Shown here one piece after another: positions 27,846-37,991 of a stretch of 64,000 nt of DNA; the first letter of the stretch is position 1; every line of letters begins with the position of its first letter. The position numbers and the translations under genes are program-made. The DNA is from Armatimonadota bacterium (lineage in GTDB: Bacteria > Armatimonadota > HRBIN16): the NCBI GenBank assembly GCA_942492855.1, contig OW818647.1, forward strand, positions 1,142,264 to 1,206,263. The letters are read 5' to 3'. The notes beneath the pieces are model-generated. The model was not told the origin of the DNA. It did not search any database and saw only the letters and a list, made by a program, of their open reading frames with translations.

Positions 27846-30284
27846 CTATACCGCGAAATATTTCGCCTGTGGGTGATGAACGATAATTGCTGAGGTGCTC
27901 ATCTCTGGCACCATCTCCATGTTTTCGGTGAGGCTGACCCCGATGCGCTCCGGCTGCAGCATCTGCCACATCGGGATGTGCGCCTCCATGTCGGGGCAAC
28001 TGGGGTATCCAAATCCGTAGCGCGAACCGCGATACTCCTGGGCCACCAGACCGGCTGTGTCCAGGCTCCGCTCCTCGCCGATGCCCATCTGACGGCGCAT
28101 CCGCTCATGCCAGAGCTCTGCCAGGGCGTCGGTTACCTCTACGCCGAAGCCGTGCCACATCAGGTAGTCATGGTAGGAGTTCTGTTCGAACAGCCGTTTC
28201 ACCTCTTCGGCAAGCCGTTCGCCAATGGTGACCACAAAGAACGCGGCCACATCCCCGCCCTCTTCCCGGGTGCGGAAGTAGTCGGCGATGCATATCTTCG
28301 GGGCGGTGCTGCGGCGCGGGAAGGAGAACGGCAGCCAGGAATCGCCATGCTGCACCATCACACTATCACCGTCGCGGTAGCACGGATAATAGCCGTAGGC
28401 CACTTTCGGTTGGAGCCAGCCTTCGGTCAGTGCCTGATCCTTCAACCGCTGGTAAAGTGGGTCCACGGTGTTCAAAAGCAGTTCGTCATACTGCTCTGCG
28501 CTGAGTTTGGCACGGCGGTATCCCCACCGCCCGCGGTAGAGCGCCTGCAGGTTCATATAAGGGAAGATATCTGCCGGATTAATCTGCTGCTCGATGGCAC
28601 TGCCCCAGAATGGCGGGGTAGGCACCTCAGAGAGAATCTCCACATCCAGCTCAGCGGTATGAGGGGTGGAAACCCGGCCAGAGCCGCGGTTCCACTCCGT
28701 ACTGTGCAGCCGACCCGCTTCGAAGTCGCGAACCGCCTTCAGACCGGCGAAGGCATCGGCACAGTAGACCACTTGATGGTCGTAACCGGGGACCACCTCT
28801 TCGGCCACGAATTTCTGGGTCAACGCCGCTCCGCCCAGCAAAATCGGCACATTCAGACCGGCCTCGCGGTACTGTACCATGCTCTCTTTCATCACAATCG
28901 CGCTCTTGACCAGCAGGCCTGACAGCCCCACCATGTCCACTTGGTGCTCTTTGGCCTTCGCGATGATGGTCTCCGCCGGCACCTTGATGCCGATGTTCAC
29001 CACCTGATAGCCGTTGTTGCTCAGGATGATGTCTACCAGGTTTTTGCCGATGTCATGAACATCGCCTTGCACGGTGGCCAGCAGGATTTTCAGTCCGGCC
29101 TTCTGCTGTGAGCGGTCCATGTACGGCTCGAGGTAGTTCACGGAGCGTTTCATCACTTCGGCCGACTGCAGCACAAACGGCAGCAGAATCTCGCCGCGTC
29201 CAAACAGCTCGCCAACCTGACGCATGGCCGGCACCAGCACGTTGTTGATAATGCTGAGCGGCGGCATACGGCGGATGAGTATGGACAACAGGTCCTCCAG
29301 ACCGTCCTTGTTGCCCTTGATCAACTGCTCCGCCAGGCTCTGTTCGGTCAGATTGCGTGTGTTATCAAGCTCCTCTGCGCTTTTCTCAGGCTGCGCCTTC
29401 TCAAAGTGCTCTATGAAGCTCATCAGCGGTGTCTCACCGAGGTTGTGCAGCAGGTTCAGGCTCAGCTCGCGCTCCTGCTCACCAATGCTGGCGTAGGGCA
29501 GCACCTTGACGGCATCCACAATCGCGGCATCAAGACCCGCCTGAACCGCCTCATGCAGGAACACGCTGTTGAGCACCTTGCGGCCCGCCGGGCGCAGCCC
29601 GAACGAGATGTTGCTCACCCCCAGCACGGTGTTCACGCCGGGCAGCTCCGCTTTGATCATGCGGATCGCCTTAACGGTCTGCACGGCGGCATCACGCAGC
29701 GTCTCGTCACCGGAACCCACCGTGAAGGTGAGCGCATCAAACAGCAGGTCGCTGGGCCTCAGACCGTGCACCTCCACCGCTTCGTGGTAGATCATTTTCG
29801 CGACGCGCAGCTTCTCATCGGCGGTCATCGCCATGCCCTCAGGCCCGATGGTCAAAGCCACCACCGCGGCGCCATACTTTTTGGCCAGCGCGCAGATTCG
29901 GTGCAGGTTCTTTCCGCCATCCTCCAGGTTGATGGAGTTGACGATGCACCGTCCCGGGTAGAGCTTAAGGCAGGCCTCGATGCAGTCCGGCGTGGTGCTG
30001 TCGATCATCAATACCGACCGGCACTGGTTCGCAAACAGCGGCACCAGACGGCAGAGGTCGTCCATCTCATTGCGGCCGGCATAGGCGGTGCAGAGGTCCA
30101 GCACCTGCGCGCCTTGCGCCTCCTGCTCGAGTGCCATACGCACACAGCCGTCGTCATCTTCCGCCAGCAGGCGCTCGCGGAACTTCTTGCTGCCGTTTGC
30201 GTTGCACCGCTCCCCGATCAGCAGCGGCGGGATGTCCTGCCGGATTTCGACCGACTGGTAGAGGCTGCTCAGGCTTGGCTTCAT
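27846..30284 (-). CDS. metH: Methionine synthase, C-terminal three-module part (pterin-binding, B12-binding with GDVHDIGKN, and AdoMet-activation domain)
   Basis: Collinear with E. coli MetH residues about 350-1227 (GERCNANGSKKF..., DVHDIGKN, C-terminal activation domain). I start it at MKPSLSSLYQ, whose ATG overlaps the upstream stop (ATGA). The track ORF begins earlier at 30368. Confidence 0.8.
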   Translation of the reverse strand: MKPSLSSLYQSVEIRQDIPPLLIGERCNANGSKKFRERLLAEDDDGCVRMALEQEAQGAQVLDLCTAYAGRNEMDDLCRLVPLFANQCRSVLMIDSTTPDCIEACLKLYPGRCIVNSINLEDGGKNLHRICALAKKYGAAVVALTIGPEGMAMTADEKLRVAKMIYHEAVEVHGLRPSDLLFDALTFTVGSGDETLRDAAVQTVKAIRMIKAELPGVNTVLGVSNISFGLRPAGRKVLNSVFLHEAVQAGLDAAIVDAVKVLPYASIGEQERELSLNLLHNLGETPLMSFIEHFEKAQPEKSAEELDNTRNLTEQSLAEQLIKGNKDGLEDLLSILIRRMPPLSIINNVLVPAMRQVGELFGRGEILLPFVLQSAEVMKRSVNYLEPYMDRSQQKAGLKILLATVQGDVHDIGKNLVDIILSNNGYQVVNIGIKVPAETIIAKAKEHQVDMVGLSGLLVKSAIVMKESMVQYREAGLNVPILLGGAALTQKFVAEEVVPGYDHQVVYCADAFAGLKAVRDFEAGRLHSTEWNRGSGRVSTPHTAELDVEILSEVPTPPFWGSAIEQQINPADIFPYMNLQALYRGRWGYRRAKLSAEQYDELLLNTVDPLYQRLKDQALTEGWLQPKVAYGYYPCYRDGDSVMVQHGDSWLPFSFPRRSTAPKICIADYFRTREEGGDVAAFFVVTIGERLAEEVKRLFEQNSYHDYLMWHGFGVEVTDALAELWHERMRRQMGIGEERSLDTAGLVAQEYRGSRYGFGYPSCPDMEAHIPMWQMLQPERIGVSLTENMEMVPEMSTSAIIVHHPQAKYFAV

Positions 30285-31201
30285 CGTGCGACCTCCCGCG
30301 TGCCGGGGGCCACGCCTGCGACTGTCTTGACCAACTCTTGGATGTGCTCGGGGGTGGTGCCGCAGCATCCGCCCAGCACGCTCACGCCCAGCTCCTGCAC
30401 GAACTCTTTCATCTGCTGCGCATAGTCCGTGGGGTTCATGGGGTATCGTGTGAGGCCATTCACCACCTCAGGCAGTCCCTGGTTGGGGATGCAGCTCAAA
30501 CGGCCCTCCCAGTTGTGGCTTAACCACTGCAAGTGCGAGCGCATATCACGCGGTCCGGTGGCACAGTTCAAGCCCAGGCTGAACACGGGGTAGGGCTCCA
30601 CCGTCGTCGCCACCGCGGCGATATCACTGCCGACCAGCATCGTGCCGGTTGCTTCTATAGTCACCGAAACAAACAGGGGGATGTCGCCGGCATCGGCGCC
30701 CAGCACATCCAGGCAGCTCACAAGAGCGGTCTTCAGTTGCAGCAGATCCTGGCATGTTTCCAAGATCAGCCCGTCGGCCCCTGCCGCCAGAAGCGCCTCC
30801 GCCTGCTGCCGGTAGGCGTTAGCCAAATCCTGCACGCTAATGTGCCCCAGCGAGGGCAGCTTCGTGCCGGGACCCATGCTGCCGATCACCAGTGACTGGT
30901 TACCCGCCGCGGCTTTGGCGTTCGCCACCGCCGCCTGGCAGATTTGGTGCACCTGGTCTTGCAGACCATACTCCGCTAACACGATGCTGTTGGCGCCGAA
31001 AGTGTTGGTCTCCAGCAACTGCGCTCCCGCCTGCACAAATGAGCGGTGGAGGCTCTGGATCACCTCAGGCGCAGTGACGTTCAGCAGCTCGTTGCAGCCC
31101 TCGCAGCCTTGCCAGGCACTGGGGGGGATTTCCATGTTCTGCAGGTTCGTGCCGCACGCCCCGTCGAATATCAGTACCGGCTGTTGGAATATTGGGTGCA
31201 T
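30281..31201 (-). CDS. Homocysteine S-methyltransferase domain protein (the MetH N-terminal module as a separate ORF)
   Basis: 306 aa. The GGCCGTTPEHI Zn-binding motif is present. It is translationally coupled to the downstream metH-C ORF. Confidence 0.8.
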   Translation of the reverse strand: MHPIFQQPVLIFDGACGTNLQNMEIPPSAWQGCEGCNELLNVTAPEVIQSLHRSFVQAGAQLLETNTFGANSIVLAEYGLQDQVHQICQAAVANAKAAAGNQSLVIGSMGPGTKLPSLGHISVQDLANAYRQQAEALLAAGADGLILETCQDLLQLKTALVSCLDVLGADAGDIPLFVSVTIEATGTMLVGSDIAAVATTVEPYPVFSLGLNCATGPRDMRSHLQWLSHNWEGRLSCIPNQGLPEVVNGLTRYPMNPTDYAQQMKEFVQELGVSVLGGCCGTTPEHIQELVKTVAGVAPGTREVAR

Positions 31202-31722
31202 AATGACCTCATGCTGCGAATTTGGTGGCGGAGCACCAAGAGTATTGTACCGTATCGCGTTTTCGGGATTTCCGGAAAGCGGCGGTGGGGTGGGGAGGGA
31301 TTCTCACGCGAAGGTTGGGGAGCAGAGGGTGGGGTGGGAGTGGCACACAAATCATGCGACGAGCTGCCGCGACATCAATGTCTCGGCTGGAAATGCCTTA
31401 TTCATCGGGGTAACGGCCAAACCTGTTCACATGCTACATGTAGTCCGGCACCCACGGAGTGGGTAGGATTCTTATGGCCAGGGGTAAGCGAAGCGCAACC
31501 CCTGGAAAAGGTTGTCCTATATTTACCCCGAAGTGGGTCGTACCATATTGTAACCGCCGAAGACCCACGTTCGTGGGTAGATGGTATAGGACTGCCTACC
31601 ACGGGTTACGCTAGCGCTCACCCGTGGCTATAAGAGTCCTACCCACTCAGTAGGTTCCCATAAGGGGCCTATATATCTCTGCGATTCGGAATTATATTCC
31701 ACCCACGCCACGGCAAGGACCT

Positions 31723-31757
31723 TAAAAACACAACGGGCGGCCTTTCAGCCGCCCGTT
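31723..31757 (-). terminator. Rho-independent terminator after recA (the minus strand reads AACGGGCGGC tgaaag GCCGCCCGTT GTGTTTTT)
   Basis: A 10-bp GC stem plus a T-run, 12 nt downstream of the recA stop. Confidence 0.75.
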
Positions 31758-31768
31758 AGCGATTATGC

Positions 31769-32809
31769 CTACTCGTCCTCTGGCTCCTCATCGTCTGTGC
31801 TGACGGGCCCCTCTACCGGGGTGCCGTTAAGGATGATGCGGGTCTTGGTGTCGATCTCGGCGAACACCTCGGGATTCTGGCTCAGGAAGTTACGGGCGTT
31901 CTCCCGACCCTGTCCCAGCCGGACCTCGCCGTAGGTGAACCAGGTGCCGCTCTTTTTAATGACATCTTTTTCCACGGCCATGTCCAGCACGCCGCCGATT
32001 TTGCTGATGCCCTTGCCAAACATGATGTCGAACTCCACCTGCCGGAAGGGCGGGGCCACCTTGTTCTTGACCACCTTCACACGCACGCGGTTGCCCACCA
32101 CATCGGTGCCCTGCTTCAGGCTGTCGACGCGGCGCACATCCAGGCGCACGCTGGCCCAGAACTTCAGCGCGCGGCCGCCAGGAGTGGTCTCGGGGTTGCC
32201 GTACATCACGCCGATTTTCTCGCGTAACTGGTTGATGAAGATCGCCACGGTGCCGGTCTTGCTGATGGAGCCGCCGATTTTACGCATCGCCTGGCTCATC
32301 AAGCGCGCCTGGATACCCACATGGGCGTCACCCATCTCGCCTTCGATTTCCGCCTTCGGCACCAGCGCCGCGACGCTGTCCAGCACGATCACATCAATCG
32401 CACCGGTGCGCACAAGAGCGTCCATGATCTCCAGCGCCTCTTCGCCCGTGCCTGGCTGCGAGACGTAGAGCTGGTCGATATTGACGCCGATATTGCGTGC
32501 ATAATCGGGGTCCAGCGCATGTTCCGCATCCACAAACGCGCAGATACCGCCGTTGAGCTGTGCTTCCGCCACTATCTGCAGTGCCAGGGTGGTTTTACCG
32601 GAGCTTTCCGCGCCGTATATCTCCACGATGCGTCCGCGAGGCACGCCACCGATGCCCAGCGCGTAGTCGAGTGCAATGGATCCGGTGGGGATCGACTCCA
32701 CCTGCATACCGGTTTTGTCGCCCAGTCGCATCACGGAGCCTTTGCCAAACTGCTTTTCAATGAGCCCGAGGGCGATATCTAATGCTTTCTGTTTGTCTTG
32801 TACGGCCAT
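31769..32809 (-). CDS. recA: Recombinase RecA
   Basis: Walker [13 protein letters not shown] and full-length collinearity with RecA, including an acidic C-terminus. GGAGG lies 8 nt upstream of the ATG. Confidence 0.95.
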   Translation of the reverse strand: MAVQDKQKALDIALGLIEKQFGKGSVMRLGDKTGMQVESIPTGSIALDYALGIGGVPRGRIVEIYGAESSGKTTLALQIVAEAQLNGGICAFVDAEHALDPDYARNIGVNIDQLYVSQPGTGEEALEIMDALVRTGAIDVIVLDSVAALVPKAEIEGEMGDAHVGIQARLMSQAMRKIGGSISKTGTVAIFINQLREKIGVMYGNPETTPGGRALKFWASVRLDVRRVDSLKQGTDVVGNRVRVKVVKNKVAPPFRQVEFDIMFGKGISKIGGVLDMAVEKDVIKKSGTWFTYGEVRLGQGRENARNFLSQNPEVFAEIDTKTRIILNGTPVEGPVSTDDEEPEDE

Positions 32810-32973
32810 GATGGGACCTCCGGATATAGTTTATATATGTATACGCAAATATAGTACCATATTGTGAAAGTAAATGCGTGATACAACCGGATAAATGATA
32901 CCCCAGAAGTGTGTAAATGTGTTTCTGCTCCTTGGGTGAGGGTGGAAGGAGTCTGGAGATAATGGCAGAAATG

Positions 32974-33429
32974 TTATGAAAGGAATAGGGAGGGGTTGGT
33001 GATTGTTGGTTGGCAGGCTTTCATGTTATATTTCTGTATGATTAAGCTGCCTAGACTGATAAAGTGACTGTCATAAGTGTGAAGTTCAGAAATAGATTTG
33101 GTATGAATGGATGTTGCCAGGATGATGGCATCACATGTATTCATCCCAACATCATTCGCGATCAGGGCAGCTTGTCGTGATATGAACCGTGTTACTGGTA
33201 CTACCTCAATATTCTTCGTGTTGAAAAACTTATCGAATGGTGTGATGTCAGAGGATTGCCCCAATTTCCTGCACTCTGTGACGCACACGGCAGAACACAT
33301 GATACCCACCTTATCCTGGCCGGTTAGCTTTATCCAATGGTCGAGTTCTGCGAAGCGGGCTGCATCTTGGGTAACGTATGAGATTATGCACGACGAATCC
33401 CAGCACACAATCAGCTTACTCATTATCAC
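32974..33429 (-). CDS. PIN-domain-like protein (putative nuclease/toxin), second gene of a two-gene module in an AT-rich islet
   Basis: Candidate acidic PIN residues: VCWDSS, TEC, CDAIILATSI. It overlaps the upstream gene by 14 nt. Confidence 0.35.
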   Translation of the reverse strand: MIMSKLIVCWDSSCIISYVTQDAARFAELDHWIKLTGQDKVGIMCSAVCVTECRKLGQSSDITPFDKFFNTKNIEVVPVTRFISRQAALIANDVGMNTCDAIILATSIHTKSISELHTYDSHFISLGSLIIQKYNMKACQPTITNPSLFLS

Positions 33430-34159
33430 GATCCCGCATATCGCTTATATATTTGTCGGGGTTAAAGTCTGGTCCAGCGTTTATGAACTCGTGATCTTCA
33501 ATGGAGACCTTAGGGAGCTCTTCGATGTGCTCGAGAGTGATCTTTACAATCTGCCCATGCTTGTTTAGGCTGGCTTTACCATATACCAAAACTCTGTGAT
33601 CAAACAGGTGGCTGTACCCAATCACCGTGTTTCTGTCCGTCACCACACATGCCACTGACTGCCCGTTGACCCTGGTTATCTTCAATTTCGGCGTGCCATG
33701 CAGGTCTAGCCCTTCGAGAACCCCAGTCAGCTCGGTGTATTCATAACTAACAGGGCGAACATGCTCATCAAGGTTGCGATAGTCTTTATAAGTAATCGGG
33801 TAGGCTTTCCCACCGACATCGATACTAGTCGATCCAATCTGGGCAGACTTCAGAAACAAATCACGGCAACTGCTGATTGCGGAGTAGGGAAGTCGGTCAA
33901 AAGAACGGGTGTCACCAGACAATATCGCTGGTAGATGCTCAGCAATACCTTTAATAGATGGTGCTTCGATGCCTATATGGAACGGGCTCGCTTTAGATAT
34001 CGAAGCAACTTTAAGCATGAGTTTCAGAGTGCGCCACTCATTGATATCTATCATCTCCAGCTCGCGATAGCACTTATTGAATTCTCCAAGAAACCCAGAG
34101 AGCTCTTCTATGCCGAATTCGCCATCTATTGTAATGACTATGTTTTCCATCAGTATCAC
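33416..34159 (-). CDS. Hypothetical protein, first gene of the PIN-like module
   Basis: 247-aa track ORF. The start is uncertain because my reading disagrees with the track by one base near 34140. Confidence 0.4.
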   Translation of the reverse strand: MILMENIVITIDGEFGIEELSGFLGEFNKCYRELEMIDINEWRTLKLMLKVASISKASPFHIGIEAPSIKGIAEHLPAILSGDTRSFDRLPYSAISSCRDLFLKSAQIGSTSIDVGGKAYPITYKDYRNLDEHVRPVSYEYTELTGVLEGLDLHGTPKLKITRVNGQSVACVVTDRNTVIGYSHLFDHRVLVYGKASLNKHGQIVKITLEHIEELPKVSIEDHEFINAGPDFNPDKYISDMRDRDNE

Positions 34160-34178
34160 CTAGCCTAATGTTACCATA

Positions 34179-34406
34179 TCAACAAGTGGTATTGCGCTCA
34201 GTGTTACTGCCCACCGCCCCAGTTGCTTGCAGGCACCGCCGGTGCTGTTTGCTCTGTCGGTTGAGGTGCTGGTTGCTGAGGCATGGCACCTCTTCTACCG
34301 TGGCTGTCATCGCACCAACATAACCTGACAGAACACTACAGACTACAACAGCGGTATACATATCGGCGCGTTTAGTCATATGGTTTACCGGGTTGTGGTC
34401 GACCAA
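34179..34406 (-). pseudogene. Relic fragment homologous to an internal segment of the island-1 gene 16632..17606 (...RADMYTAVVVCSVLSGYVGAMTAT...)
   Basis: About 70 bp at roughly 80% identity to 17195-17265. The flanking ORF has no other convincing features. Confidence 0.3.
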
Positions 34407-34463
34407 TAACGCTCAGGAGTTGCCATGAAATATGACTATTGTAGTGGCACCCCCTCCCTCCCT

Positions 34464-35492
34464 CTACTCTACCTCGCAGCTGCTGAAGGTGTAGCTATAA
34501 ACCTCAAACCCCTCGGCGTCGCTGCTCATGGTCAGCACATGCTCACCGTATTTGGCGTTGCTGGTCAGGTGATACATCCGCGGCTGTTTCAGCGCGATGA
34601 AGCTGTATCCGGCGGCGTCATACTGGATATCACTGCCGGCGTCTTGCTTGCGCACGGGCTGATCATCCTGCGTGACATACACCGTCAAGGCCGCACAGGA
34701 GGTGCTCTTCAGAACCGCGTTCGCCTCTTTCGCGTAGTAGCGGACAGTGATGGCGTCTTGATACCCTGCGGTCTTGGCTGGATGCCTCAGGCACTCCTCC
34801 AGGCACTGCCATCGGCCTTTGAGCACAATCTGACTGAGCGGTAGCGGGGGAGCCGGGGCATCAAACGCCACCACCTGGCCCTTACGCCACTGGCCTGACT
34901 GGGCGAACTGCCCGCTTTGGATTCCCCGCGAACCGCAGTAGAGCTCCGGGCTGGTGGGGTAGCAGACCGCGCCTTCCTTATCAGACCCTCGCACAGGGGC
35001 CAGCAGTGCAGGCAGTTTTACTTTTGGGTTCAATTTCCTAAGCAGCGACTGGATCATGGATTCGGTCTTCTGGTAACCGCCCTCGCCTGCATGATCATAC
35101 ACAATGCGGCCGGTGGGGTCGATCAGGTATTTCCGCGGCCAGTAACTGTTGGCGTAGGCGCGCCAGTTGCCGTATGCCGAGTCGACCAAAACGGGGTAGT
35201 TGATGCCGAATCGCTTCACTGCCTGAGCGACGTTCGCGCTGCTCTTCGCGAACTCAAACTCAGGGGTGTGAATGCCGACAATCACCAAACCTAGTTCGTG
35301 ATACCGGTCATGCCACTGTTTCACGTACGGCAGGGTGCGGATGCAGTTGACGCACGTATACTCCCAGAAATCCACCAAAACCACCTTGCCCTTGAGCGAG
35401 GCCATGGACAGTTTTGGGGAGTTGATCCACATTTCAGAGCCGCCAACAAACTCAGGGGCTCGGACTGGAGCGGAAGGGGTGTTTCCAAACAT
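34464..35492 (-). CDS. Thioredoxin-like (TlpA/redoxin) protein with a DipZ-type C-terminal domain
   Basis: The thioredoxin fold has the active-site motif WEYTCVNC. The C-terminal roughly 200 aa resemble the DipZ C-terminal domain. I start it at MFGNTPSAP because AGGAGG lies 8 nt upstream. The exact coordinate may be off by 1 nt. Confidence 0.55.
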   Translation of the reverse strand: MFGNTPSAPVRAPEFVGGSEMWINSPKLSMASLKGKVVLVDFWEYTCVNCIRTLPYVKQWHDRYHELGLVIVGIHTPEFEFAKSSANVAQAVKRFGINYPVLVDSAYGNWRAYANSYWPRKYLIDPTGRIVYDHAGEGGYQKTESMIQSLLRKLNPKVKLPALLAPVRGSDKEGAVCYPTSPELYCGSRGIQSGQFAQSGQWRKGQVVAFDAPAPPLPLSQIVLKGRWQCLEECLRHPAKTAGYQDAITVRYYAKEANAVLKSTSCAALTVYVTQDDQPVRKQDAGSDIQYDAAGYSFIALKQPRMYHLTSNAKYGEHVLTMSSDAEGFEVYSYTFSSCEVE

Positions 35493-35686
35493 AGAACGGT
35501 CCTCCTGTACTGAGTGTACCCTCCGGTGGTCGCCTATACTTGAGCAATGATGGTAATATCGTGCGGTGGTTCGATTAATCGCCACCATACCATTTGTGAA
35601 ACTGAATAAGGGTGCCTTTGTGGCAATGTCCTGTGGTCCGCGCCGATGCGATATCATATATCTACACCACTTTTAGAGGTATAAAC

Positions 35687-37636
35687 ATGCCATCCCAGAC
35701 CGACCCACCTACCGTCAAGCCGAAAGGAGTGAGCTTCAGAGCGATACTGCTCGGGCTGTTGTTAATACCGGGCATCGCCTGGTTCAACATGAGCGTGGAA
35801 GAGATACGCTATGCAGGCCAGCCCACGACCGTCGCCCCGATGCCGCACATCCTGGCACTTTTACTGATCATCGTGGGATTCAACTCTCTTGCTGGCCGTA
35901 TCAGGCCATCCTGGAAGATGAGCACAGGTGAGGTGCTCACGGTCTACTTCATGGCGTTCATGGGTGCCTCGATGAGTTCGCATGACCTGATCGCAGTCAT
36001 GACCCCCACCCTGACTTACGGCTACCAGTACGCCAACCCCGCCAACGGCTGGGCACGCGACATCCTGCCATACATCCCTAAATGGATGGCGGTGAGTGAT
36101 CCCCACGCTCTGCAAGCCTACTACACAGGCAATGTGAACTTCTGGCAGGCGAAGGAGATGGCGGTCTGGGTGAAGCCGCTGCTTATCTGGTCGGCATTCT
36201 TCAGCGTGCTGGCGTTTGGCACGATGTGCCTCGCTGCAGTGCTGCGTAAGCAGTGGACAGAGCGCGAGCGGTTGAGCTACCCTCTGGTGCAGTTCACCCT
36301 GGAGCTTCTGCAGCCCAAGCAGCCGGTTTTCCGCAACCCGCTGTTCTGGACCGCATTCGGCATCGCGGCCATCCACGACTGCTGGTTTGGTCTGGCCTCG
36401 TTATTCCCCACTATCCCTATTCCTTATACACGGATGCTGCAGCTTGAGACCTTCATCACCAGTCCGCCCTGGAACTCCGTAGGTTGGACCCCCATGGCCT
36501 TTTTCCCCTGGCTCTTAGGAATCGGCGTGCTGCTACCCACGGACCTGCTGTTTTCGCTCTGGTTCTTCTTTTGGGCCTGGAAACTGGAGCCGGTCATCGC
36601 CGCGCAGTACGGATGGAGCCAGATACCGGGCTTTCCGTATGTACAGCAGCAGATGATCGGGTGCATTTTCGCCATATCGGCATTCACCATCTACATGGCA
36701 CGCCATGCGCTGTGGAAGGGCCTTTCGGCGATCTGGCGGAAGAGCGACGGCGAGGACGCGAATGAGCCGCTGCCCTATCGGTGGGCGGCGTGGGGATTCA
36801 TCGCCGCGCAACTGGCACTATTCGGGTTCTTCTCGATCGCAGGGATGAGTGCCTGGATGATCTGCGCGGTGCTGGGCCTGTATCTGCTGATCTCCATCGC
36901 ATTCGCCCGTATGAGGGCGGAGCTGGGTGTGCCCGAGACCGAACAGGGAGAGGGTGCCCCCGACCGTCTGATCCCGGTTTTGTTCGGAACCACGAACATG
37001 ACCAACTCCGACATTGCGATGATCCCCTTCATCCATGGGTTCTGCCGTGGATTCCGCAGCAACCCCATGCCGCTGGCGGCGGAAAGCTACCGGGCGGCTG
37101 AGCGCACACATATTAATATGCGCGGCATGTTCTGGGCGGTTGCGCTGGCCGTGGTATGGGCGTGTGTCTGCGCCTTCTTTATTAATGTAGGGCTGCACTA
37201 CCAGTGGGGTGCCGCTGCCAAGGTGGACAGCCCATATGTGAGCATGATCTTCGGCAACGAGGGCTACACCATGGCGCAGACCGCCAAATCGGGTGCTCAG
37301 GGCGTTGTCCGGCAGGGAAATGTGCTGGCGGCGATGGCGGTCGGGTTCATCTCGACCATCTCCCTGTTTATCATCAGGCTTCAGATGGTTAGCTTCCCAC
37401 TGCACCCGGTTGGGCTGGCGGTAAGTGCCAACTGGGGCGGTGCGATGATCTGGTTCACCATGCTCATCGCCTGGACGTGTAAGGTCACGCTGCTCAAGAT
37501 AGGCGGCTTGAAGCTGTTCCAGCGCGCCTTGCCGTTCTTCCTGGGCCTCACGCTGGGCGAGTGTATGGTCGGCACCATGTGGTACCTCATCAGCGCCCTC
37601 ACCGGCACGAAGACCTTCATCATGTGGCCCTATTAG
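35687..37636 (+). CDS. Large polytopic membrane protein (more than 12 TM helices), function unknown
   Basis: 650 aa of hydrophobic segments. The start MPSQTDPPTVKPKG has AGAGG 8 nt upstream. Confidence 0.55.
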   Translation: MPSQTDPPTVKPKGVSFRAILLGLLLIPGIAWFNMSVEEIRYAGQPTTVAPMPHILALLLIIVGFNSLAGRIRPSWKMSTGEVLTVYFMAFMGASMSSHDLIAVMTPTLTYGYQYANPANGWARDILPYIPKWMAVSDPHALQAYYTGNVNFWQAKEMAVWVKPLLIWSAFFSVLAFGTMCLAAVLRKQWTERERLSYPLVQFTLELLQPKQPVFRNPLFWTAFGIAAIHDCWFGLASLFPTIPIPYTRMLQLETFITSPPWNSVGWTPMAFFPWLLGIGVLLPTDLLFSLWFFFWAWKLEPVIAAQYGWSQIPGFPYVQQQMIGCIFAISAFTIYMARHALWKGLSAIWRKSDGEDANEPLPYRWAAWGFIAAQLALFGFFSIAGMSAWMICAVLGLYLLISIAFARMRAELGVPETEQGEGAPDRLIPVLFGTTNMTNSDIAMIPFIHGFCRGFRSNPMPLAAESYRAAERTHINMRGMFWAVALAVVWACVCAFFINVGLHYQWGAAAKVDSPYVSMIFGNEGYTMAQTAKSGAQGVVRQGNVLAAMAVGFISTISLFIIRLQMVSFPLHPVGLAVSANWGGAMIWFTMLIAWTCKVTLLKIGGLKLFQRALPFFLGLTLGECMVGTMWYLISALTGTKTFIMWPY

Positions 37637-37991
37637 CAGGTTAGGCGGTAACACCGCTGACGAGGCTTGTAAGGGTGATTTCCGTTCGCAACTACGCCTG
37701 ACCGGGGCACGGTTTCCGTGCCCATGGGCGGTTCGCGAACCGCCCCTACACATTGGCTGGTAGACGGGCGAACCCCGACGTGCCGACGTGCCAGCCCATC
37801 AGTCCGATCCGTCCCATCCGTCGAACCGGTGTATAGAAAGCGGGCTAACCGAAAGACCAGCGCGGAGGTTATCTACTTAGTTAACGCAAGCGTGCCGAGA
37901 AACCGCGGGTCCCGTCTCCTCCCTCCTCCCTTGATTCCCGCCCGCGAATGGCATAGAATATAGACATAAATACACATATAAATGGTGAAGT

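Noticed and set aside
31202-31500. Possible cobalamin or SAM riboswitch in the 5' leader of the split metH operon. A GCCACTC element resembling the B12 box is present on the minus strand.
   Set aside because: Only a single short B12-box-like 7-mer was found. The region is otherwise occupied by the interspersed repeat units (CCGCGACATCAATGTCTCGG etc.). No SAM-I core motifs were seen. This is not enough to call without a covariance-model search.
33416-35657. One-base discrepancies between my reading of the printed sequence and the supplied ORF track near 34140 and 35520
   Set aside because: They are probably my own transcription slips, not real features. I therefore kept track coordinates where available and flag my self-derived coordinates as ±1-2 nt.
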